A DNA stretch of 64,000 bases from the human T2T-CHM13v2.0 reference genome, Homo sapiens. Position 1 is the first letter of the stretch. Each line of letters begins with the position of its first letter. The DNA is taken from the NCBI RefSeq assembly GCF_009914755.1, contig NC_060942.1; one strand, given 5' to 3'. The notes below the pieces were generated by a model, which was given only the letters and a program-made list of their open reading frames with translations, searched no databases and was not told the origin of the DNA. Made by a program: the position numbers and the translations under genes. Shown one piece after another: positions 54,881-64,000 of the stretch.

Positions 54881-57800
54881 GGGAATACCTTCATATAAAA
54901 TCTAGACAGTGGCACTCTCAGAAACTGCTTTGTGATATCTGCATTCAAGCCACAGAGTTGAACATTTCCCTTCCTAAAGCAGGTTTGAAACACTCTTTTT
55001 GTCGTATCTGGAAGTGGACATTTGGAGCACTTTGACGCCTTTGGTGAAAAAGGAAATGTCTTCCCATGAAAACTAGACAGAAGCATTCTAAGAAACATTT
55101 TTGGGATATATGTACTCAACTAACAGAGTTGAACCTTTCTCTTTATAGATCAGTTTTGGAAAGCTCTTTATGTGGAATCTGCAGATGGATATTCGGATAG
55201 CTCTGAGGATTTCGTTGGAGACGGGAATACATAAAGAAAGTAGACAGCAGCATTCTCAGGAGATTCTTTGTGATGTTTGCTTTTAAGTCACAGAGTTGAA
55301 TATTCCCTTCAATAGAGCAGGTTTGAAACACTCTTTCTGTAGTATCTGGAAGTGGACATTTCGATCGATTTCAGGCCTATGTTGAAAAAGGAAATACCTT
55401 AACATAAAAACTAGACAGAAGCATTCTCAGAAACGTCTTTGTGATGTGTGTCCTCAACTAACAGAGTTCAACCTTTCTTATGATACAGCAGTTTGGAAAC
55501 ACTCTTTTTATAGAATTTGCAAGTTGATACATGGATAGCCCTAACTATTTCGTTGGAAACGGGAATATCTTCATATAAAACCTAGGCAGAAGCACTCTCA
55601 GAAACTACTTTGTGATATCTGCATTGATATCAGAGAGTTGAATATTCCCTTTCTAAGGGCAGGCTTGAAAGCGTCTTTTTGTGGAATCTGCAGGAGGATA
55701 TTTGGATAGCTTGGAGGGTTACGTTGGAAACGGGATTACATATACAAAGTAGACAGCAGCATTCTCAGAAGCTTCTTTGTGATGTTTGCGTTTAAGTCAC
55801 AGAGTTGAACGTTCCCTTTCGTAGAGCAGGTTTCAAACCCTCTTTCTGCAGTATCTGGAAGTGGACATTTCGAGCGCTTTCAGGCCCATGGTGAACAAGG
55901 AAATATCTTCCCATGCAAACTAGACAGAAGCATTCGCAGAAACTTGTTTGTGATGTGTGTCCTCAACTCACGGAGTTGAACATTTCGTTTGACAGAGCAG
56001 TTTGGAAACACGATTTTTGTAGAATCTGCAAGTGGATATTTGGATGGCTTTGTGGATTTCGTTGGAAACGGGAGTATCTTCATAGACAACCTAGACAGTA
56101 ACATGCTCAGAAACTGCTTTGTGATATCTGCATTCACGTCACAGAGTTGAACATTCCCTTTCATAGAGCAGGTTTGAAACACACCTTCTGTAGTATCTGG
56201 ATGTGGGCACTTGGAGCGCTTGGACGCTTATGGTGAAAAAGGACAGATCGTCCCATAAAAACTGGACAGAAGCATTCTCACAAACTGCTTTGTGACGTAT
56301 GTCTTCAACTAACAGAGTTGAACATTTCTATTCACAGAGCAGTTTTGAAAGACTCTTTTGGAGTATCTGCTAGTGGATATTTGGAGAGCTTTAAGGATTT
56401 CATTGGAAACCGGAATATCTTCAGGTAAAATCTAGACAGAGGCATTCTCAGAAACTTCTTCGTAATGTGTGTCCTCAACTAACAGTGTACAACCTATCTT
56501 TTGATACAGCACGTTGGAAACACTCTTTTTATAGAATCTGCAAGTGGATAGTTGGATAGCTCTAACGATTTCATTGGAAACGGGAATACCTTCATATAAA
56601 ATCTAGACAGTGGCACTCTCAGAAACTGCTTTGTGATATCTGCATTCAAGCCACAGAGTTGAACATTTCCCTTCCTAAAGCAGGTTTGAAACACTCTTTT
56701 TGTCGTATCTGGAAGTGGACATTTGGAGCACTTTGACGCCTTTGGTGAAAAAGGAAATGTCTTCCCATGAAAACTAGACAGAAGCATTCTAAGAAACATT
56801 TTTGGGATATATGTACTCAACTAACAGAGTTGAACCTTTCTCTTTATAGATCAGTTTTGGAAAGCTCTTTATGTGGAATCTGCAGATGGATATTCGGATA
56901 GCTCTGAGGATTTCGTTGGAGACGGGAATACATAAAGAAAGTAGACAGCAGCATTCTCAGGAGATTCTTTGTGATGTTTGCTTTTAAGTCACAGAGTTGA
57001 ATATTCCCTTCAATAGAGCAGGTTTGAAACACTCTTTCTGTAGTATCTGGAAGAGGACATTTCGATCGATTTCAGGCCTATGTTGAAAAAGGAAATACCT
57101 TAACATAAAAACTAGACAGAAACATTCTCAGAAACGTCTTTGTGATGTGTGTCCTCAACTAACAGAGTTCAACCTTTCTTATGATACAGCAGTTTGGAAA
57201 CACTCTTTTTATAGAATTTGCAAGTTGATACATGGATAGCCCTAACTATTTCGTTGGAAACGGGAATATCTTCATATAAAACCTAGGCAGAAGCACTCTC
57301 AGAAACTACATTGTGATATCTGCATTGATATCAGAGAGTTGAATATTCCCTTTCTAAGGGCAGGCTTGAAAGCGTCTTTTCGTGGAATCTGCAGGAGGAT
57401 ATTTGGATAGCTTGGAGGGTTACGTTGGAAACGGGATTACATATACAAAGTAGACAGCAGCATTCTCAGAAGCTTCTTTGTGATGTTTGCGTTTAAGTCA
57501 CAGAGTTGAACGTTCCCTTTCATAGAGCAGGTTTCAAACCCTCTTTCTGCAGTATCTGGAAGTGGACATTTCGAGCGCTTTCAGGCCCATGGTGAACAAG
57601 GAAATATCTTCCCATGCCAACTAGACAGAAGCATTCGCAGAAACTTGTTTGTGATGTGTGTCCTCAACTCACGGAGTTGAACATTTCGTTTGACAGAGCA
57701 GTTTGGAAACACGATTTTTGTAGAATCTGCAAGTGGATATTTGGATGGCTTTGTGGATTTCGTTGGAAACGGGAGTATCTTCACAGACAACCTAGACAGT

Positions 57801-60800
57801 AACATGCTCAGAAACTGTTTTGTGATATCTGCATTCACGTCACAGAGTTGAACATTCCCTTTCATAGAGCAGGTTTGAAACACACTTTCTGTAGTATCTG
57901 GATGTGGGCACTTGGAGCGCTTGGACGCTTATGGTGAAAAAGGACAGATCGTCCCATAAAAACTGGACAGAAGCATTCTCACAAACTGCTTTGTGACGTA
58001 TGTCTTCAACTAACAGAGTTGAACATTTCTATTCACAGAGCAGTTTTGAAAGACTCTTTTGGAGTATCTGCTAGTGGATATTTGGAGAGCTTTAAGGATT
58101 TCATTGGAAACCGGAATATCTTCAGGTAAAATCTAGACAGAGGCATTGTCAGAAACTTCTTCATAATGTGTGTCCTCAACTAACAGTGTACAACCTATCT
58201 TTTGATACAGCACGTTGGAAACACTCTTTTTATAGAATCTGCAAGTGGATAGTTGGATAGCTCTAACGATTTCGTTGGAAACTGGAATACCTTCATATAA
58301 AATCTAGACAGTGGCACTCTCAGAAACTGCTTTGTGATATCTGCATTCAAGCCACAGAGTTGAACATTTCCCTTCCTAAAGCAGGTTTGAAACACTCTTT
58401 TTGTCGTATCTGGAAGTGGACATTTGGAGCACTTTGACGCCTTTGGTGAAAAAGGAAATGTCTTCCCATGAAAACTAGACAGAAGCATTCTAAGAAACAT
58501 TTTTGGGATATATGTACTCAACTAACAGAGTTGAACCTTTCTCTTTATAGATCAGTTTTGGAAAGCTCTGTATGTGGAATCTGCAGATGGATATTCGGAT
58601 AGCTCTGAGGATTTCGTTGGAGACGGGAATACATAAAGAAAGTAGACAGCAGCATTCTCAGGAGATTCTTTGTGATGTTTGCTTTTAAGTCACAGAGTTG
58701 AATATTCCCTTCAATAGAGCAGGTTTGAAACACTCTTTCTGTAGTATCTGGAAGTGGACATTTCGATCGATTTCAGGCCTATGTTGAAAAAGGAAATACC
58801 TTAACATAAAAACTAGACAGAAGCATTCTCAGAAACGTCTTTGTGATGTGTGTCCTCAACTAACAGAGTTCAACCTTTCTTATGATACAGCAGTTTGGAA
58901 ACACTCTTTTTATAGAATTTGCAAGTTGATACATGGATAGCCCTAAGTATTTCGTTGGAAACGGGAATATCTTCATATAAAACCTAGGCAGAAGCACTCT
59001 CAGAAACTACTTTGTGATATCTGCATTGATATCAGAGAGTTGAATATTCCCTTTCTAAGGGCAGGCTTGAAATCGTCTTTTTGTGGAATCTGCAGGAGGA
59101 TATTTGGATAGCTTGGAGGGTTACGTTGGAAACGGGATTACATATACAAAGTAGACAGCAGCATTCTCAGAAGCTTCTTTGTGATGTTTGCGTTTAAGTC
59201 ACAGAGTTGAACGTTCCCTTTCAGAGAGCAGGTTTCAAACCCTCTTTCTGCAGTATCTGGAAGTGGACATTTCGAGCGCTTTCAGGCCCATGGTGAACAA
59301 GGAAATATCTTCCCAAGCAAACTAGACAGAAGCATTCGCAGAAACTTGATTGTGATGTGTGTCCTCAACTCACGGAGTTGAACATTTCGTTTGACAGAGC
59401 AGTTTGGAAACACGATTTTTGTAGAATCTGCAAGTGGATATTTGGATGGCTTTGTGGATTTCGTTGGAAACGGGAGTATCTTCACAGACAACCTAGACAG
59501 TAACATGCTCAGAAACTGCTTTGTGATATCTGCATTCACGTCACAGAGTTGAACATTCCCTTTCATAGAGCAGGTTTGAAACACACTTTCTGTAGTATCT
59601 GGATGTGGGCACTTGGAGCGCTTGGACGCTTATGGTGAAAAAGGACAGATCGTCCCATAAAAACTGGACAGAAGCATTCTCACAAACTGCTTTGTGACGT
59701 ATGTCTTCAACTAACAGAGTTGAACATTTCTATTTACAGAGCAGTTTTGAAAGACTCTTTTGGAGTATCTGCTAGTGGATATTTGGAGAGCTTTAAGGAT
59801 TTCATTGGAAACCGGAATATCTTCAGGTAAAATCTAGACAGAGGCATTCTCAGAAACTTCTTCGTAATGTGTGTCCTCAACTAACAGTGTACAACCTATC
59901 TTTTGATACAGCACGTTGGAAACACTCTTTTTATAGAATCTGCAAGTGGATAGTTGGATAGCTCTAACGATTTCGTTGGAAACGGGAATACCTTCATATA
60001 AAATCTAGACAGTGGCACTCTCAGAAACTGCTTTGTGATATCTGCATTCAAGCCACAGAGTTGAACATTTCCCTTCCTAAAGCAGGTTTGAAACACTCTT
60101 TTTGTCGTATCTGGAAGTGGACATTTGGAGCACTTTGACGCCTTTGGTGAAAAAGGAAATGTCTTCCAATCAAAACTAGACAGAAGCATTCTAAGAAACA
60201 TTTTTGGGATATATGTACTCAACTAACAGAGTTGAACCTTTCTCTTTATAGATCAGTTTTGGAAAGCTCTTTATGTGGAATCTGCAGATGGATATTCGGA
60301 TAGCTCTGAGGATTTCGTTGGAGACGGGAATACATAAAGAAAGTAGACAGCAGCATTCTCAGGAGATTCTTTGTGATGTTTGCTTTTAAGTCACAGAGTT
60401 GAATATTCCCTTCAATAGAGCAGGTTTGAAACACTCTTTCTGTAGTATCTGGAAGTGGACATTTCGATCGATTTCAGGCCTATGTTGAAAAAGGAAATAC
60501 CTTAACATAAAAACTAGACAGAAGCATTCTCAGAAACGTCTTTGTGATGTGTGTCCTCAACTAACAGAGTTCAACCTTTCTTATGATACAGCAGTTTGGA
60601 AACACTCTTTTTATAGAATTTGCAAGTTGATACATGGATAGCCCTAACTATTTCGTTGGAAACGGGAATATCTTCATATAAAACCTAGGCAGAAGCACTC
60701 TCAGAAACTACTTTGTGATATCTGCATTGATATCAGAGAGTTGAATATTCCCTTTCTAAGGGCAGGCTTGAAAGCGTCTTTTTGTGGAATCTGCAGGAGG

Positions 60801-63800
60801 ATATTTGGATAGCTTGGAGGGTTACGTTGGAAACGGGATTACATATACAAAGTAGACAGCAGCATTCTCAGAAGCTTCTTTGTGATGTTTGCGTTTAAGT
60901 CACAGAGTTGAACGTTCCCTTTCATAGAGCAGGTTTCAAACCCTCTTTCTGCAGTATCTGGAAGTGGACATTTCGAGCGCTTTCAGGCCCATGGTGAACA
61001 AGGAAATATCTTCCCATGCAAACTAGACAGAAGCATTCGCAGAAACTTGTTTGTGATGTGTGTCCTCAACTCACGGAGTTGAACATTTCGTTTGACAGAG
61101 CAGTTTGGAAACACGATTTTTGTAGAATCTGCAAGTGGATATTTGGATGGCTTTGTGGATTTCGGTGGAAACGGGAGTATCTTCACAGACAACCTAGACA
61201 GTAACATGCTCAGAAACTGTTTTGTGATATCTGCATTCACGTCACAGAGTTGAACATTCCCTTTCATAGAGCAGGTTTGAAACACACTTTCTGTAGTATC
61301 TGGATGTGGGCACTTGGAGTGCTTGGACGCTTATGGTGAAAAAGGACAGATCGTCCCATAAAAACTGGACAGAAGCATTCTCACAACCTGCTTTGTGACG
61401 TGTGTTTTCAACTAACAGAGTTGAACATTTCTATTCACAGAGCAGTTTTGAAAGACTCTTTTGGAGTATCTGCTAGTGGATATTTGGAGAGCTTTAAGGA
61501 TTTCATTGGAAACCGGAATATCTTCAGGTAAAATCTAGACAGAGGCATTCTCAGAAACTTCTTCGTAATGTGTGTCCTCAACTAACAGTGTACAACCTAT
61601 CTTTTGATACAGCACGTTGGAAACACTCTTTTTATAGAATCTGCAAGTGGATAGTTGGATAGCTCTAACGATTTCGTTGGAAACGGGAATACCTTCATAT
61701 AAAATCTAGACAGTGGCACTCTCAGAAACTGCTTTGTGATATCTGCATTCAAGCCACAGAGTTGAACATTTCCCTTCCTAAAGCAGGTTTGAAACACTCT
61801 TTTTGTCGTATCTGGAAGTGGACATTTGGAGCACTTTGACGCCTTTGGTGAAAAAGGAAATGTCTTCCCATGAAAACTAGACAGAAGCATTCTAAGAAAC
61901 ATTTTTGGGATATATGTACTCAACTAACAGAGTTGAACCTTTCTCTTTATAGATCAGTTTTGGAAAGCTCTTTATGTGGAATCTGCAGATGGATATTCGG
62001 ATAGCTCTGAGGATTTCGTTGGAGACGGGAATACATAAAGAATGTAGACAGCAGCATTCTCAGGAGATTCTTTGTGATGTTTGCTTTTAAGTCACAGAGT
62101 TGAATATTCCCTTCAATAGAGCAGGTTTGAAACACTCTTTCTGTAGTATCTGGAAGTGGACATTTCGATCGATTTCAGGCCTATGTTGAAAAAGGAAATA
62201 CCTTAACATAAAAACTAGACAGAAGCATTCTCAGAAACGTCTTTGTGATGTGTGTCCTCAACTAACAGAGTTCAACCTTTCTTATGATACAGCAGTTGGG
62301 AAACACTCTTTTTATAGAATTTGCAAGTTGATACATGGATAGCCCTAACTATTTCGTTGGAAACGGGAATATCTTCATATAAAACCTAGGCAGAAGCACT
62401 CTCAGAAACTACATTGTGATATCTGCATTGATATCAGAGAGTTGAATATTCCCTTTCTAAGGACAGGCTTGAAAGCGTCTTTTTGTGGAATCTGCAGGAG
62501 GATATTTGGATAGCTTGGAGGGTTACGTTGGAAACGGGATTACATATACAAAGTAGACAGCAGCATTCTCAGAAGCTTCTTTGTGATGTTTGCGTTTAAG
62601 TCACAGAGTTGAACGTTCCCTTTCATAGAGCAGGTTTCAAACCCTCTTTCTGCAGTATCTGGAAGTGGACATTTCGAGCGCTTTCAGGCCCATGGTGAAC
62701 AAGGAAATATCTTCCCATGCAAACTAGACAGAAGCATTCGCAGAAACTTGTTTGTGATGTGTGTCCTCAACTCAGGGAGTTGAACATTTCGTTTGACAGA
62801 GCAGTTTGGAAACACGATTTTTGTAGAATCTGCAAGTGGATATTTGGATGGCTTTGTGGATTTCGTTGGAAACGGGAGTATCTTCACAGACAACCTAGAC
62901 AGTAACATGCTCAGAAACTGCTTTGTGATATCTGCATTCACGTCACAGAGTTGAACATTCCCTTTCATAGAGCAGGTTTGAAACACACTTTCTGTAGTAT
63001 CTGGATGTGGGCACTTGGAGCGCTTGGACGCTTATGGTGAAAAAGGACAGATCGTCCCATAAAAACTGGACAGAAGCATTCTCACAAACTGCTTTGTGAC
63101 GTATGTCTTCAACTAACAGAGTTGAACATTTCTATTCACAGAGCAGTTTTGAAAGACTCTTTTGGAGTATCTGCTAGTGGATATTTGGAGAGCTTTAAGG
63201 ATTTCATTGGAAACCGGAATATCTTCAGGTAAAATCTAGACAGAGGCATTCTCAGAAACTTCTTCGTAATGTGTGTCCTCAACTAACAGTGTACAACCTA
63301 TCTTTTGATACAGCACGTTGGAAACACTCTTTTTATAGAATCTGCAAGTGGATAGTTGGATAGCTCTAAAGATTTCGTTGGAAACGGGAATACCTTCAAA
63401 TAAAATCTAGACAGTGGCACTCTCAGAAACTGCTTTGTGATATCTGCATTCAAGCCACAGAGTTGAACATTTCCCTTCCTAAAGCAGGTTTGAAACACTC
63501 TTTTTGTCGTATCTGGAAGTGGACATTTGGAGCACTTTGACGCCTTTGGTGAAAAAGGAAATGTCTTCCAATCAAAACTAGACAGAAGCATTCTAAGAAA
63601 CATTTTTGGGATATATGTACTCAACTAACAGAGTTGAACCTTTCTCTTTATAGATCAGTTTTGGAAAGCTCTTTATGTGGAATCTGCAGATGGATATTCG
63701 GATAGCTCTGAGGATTTCGTTGGAGACGGGAATACATAAAGAATGTAGACAGCAGCATTCTCAGGAGATTCTTTGTGATGTTTGCTTTTAAGTCACAGAG

Positions 63801-64000
63801 TTGAATATTCCCTTCAATAGAGCAGGTTTGAAACACTCTTTCTGTAGTATCTGGAAGTGGACATTTCGATCGATTTCAGGCCTATGTTGAAAAAGGAAAT
63901 ACCTTAACATCAAAACTAGAAAGAAGCATTCTCAGAAACGTCTTTGTGATGTGTGTCCTCAACTAACAGAGTTCAACCTTTCTTATGATACAGCAGTTTG

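Larger units (their letters stand above)
1..64000 (+). repeat. Alpha-satellite HOR array, SF2 type, 10-monomer / 1,701-bp unit, ~37.6 copies in one orientation (D18Z2-like, tentative)
   Basis: ~171-bp monomers start with CATTCTCAGAAAC-like motifs and carry alphoid motifs (CAGAGTTGAAC, TAGAGCAGGTTTGAAACACTCTTT, CTAGACAGAAG). Near-identical sequence recurs every 1,699-1,711 bp, mostly 1,701, as also seen in the ORF-track spacing. GTAGTATCTGGAAGTGGACATTT and GGATTACATATACAAAGTAGACAGCAG are typical of SF2 D2/D1 monomers as I recall them. Chromosome assignment is from memory only. Confidence 0.98.

Noticed and set aside
341-63836. Recurring 61-142-aa ORFs on both strands (MSTYIPKMFLRMLLSS..., MFQTCSMKGNVQLCD..., MQTRQKHSQKL...)
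   Set aside because: These are translations of alphoid monomers with ~57-aa internal periodicity. They are freely broken by frameshifts and stops between copies, and show no gene structure or recognisable domain.
1-64000. CRISPR-like or other prokaryotic repeat-spacer system
   Set aside because: There are no unique spacers; the entire sequence is tandemly repeated eukaryotic satellite with no associated genes.

Overview
The whole 64-kb window is primate centromeric alpha-satellite DNA, most likely human, in one orientation. It holds about 37.6 head-to-tail copies of a 1,701-bp higher-order repeat (HOR) made of ten ~167-171-bp monomers of suprachromosomal family 2 (D1/D2) type. Each HOR has one HindIII site, which fits the classical 1.7-kb 10-mer D18Z2-type HOR; this chromosome assignment is tentative. 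I see no genes, transposons, inversions or monomer-number variants, and the listed ORFs are artefacts of the repeat. The interesting structure is internal. (1) The A/B monomer order is irregular (4+3+3), with a hybrid monomer and only four intact CENP-B boxes per HOR. (2) SNP and indel haplotypes show nested multi-HOR duplications (3.4 kb, 8.5 kb, 10.2 kb) and short conversion-like patches. (3) A complex +10-bp allele, present three times, combines a 17-bp tandem duplication with an inverted copy of the adjacent CENP-B box, creating a perfect 11-bp inverted repeat over that box. I found no evidence of a novel protein-coding system.
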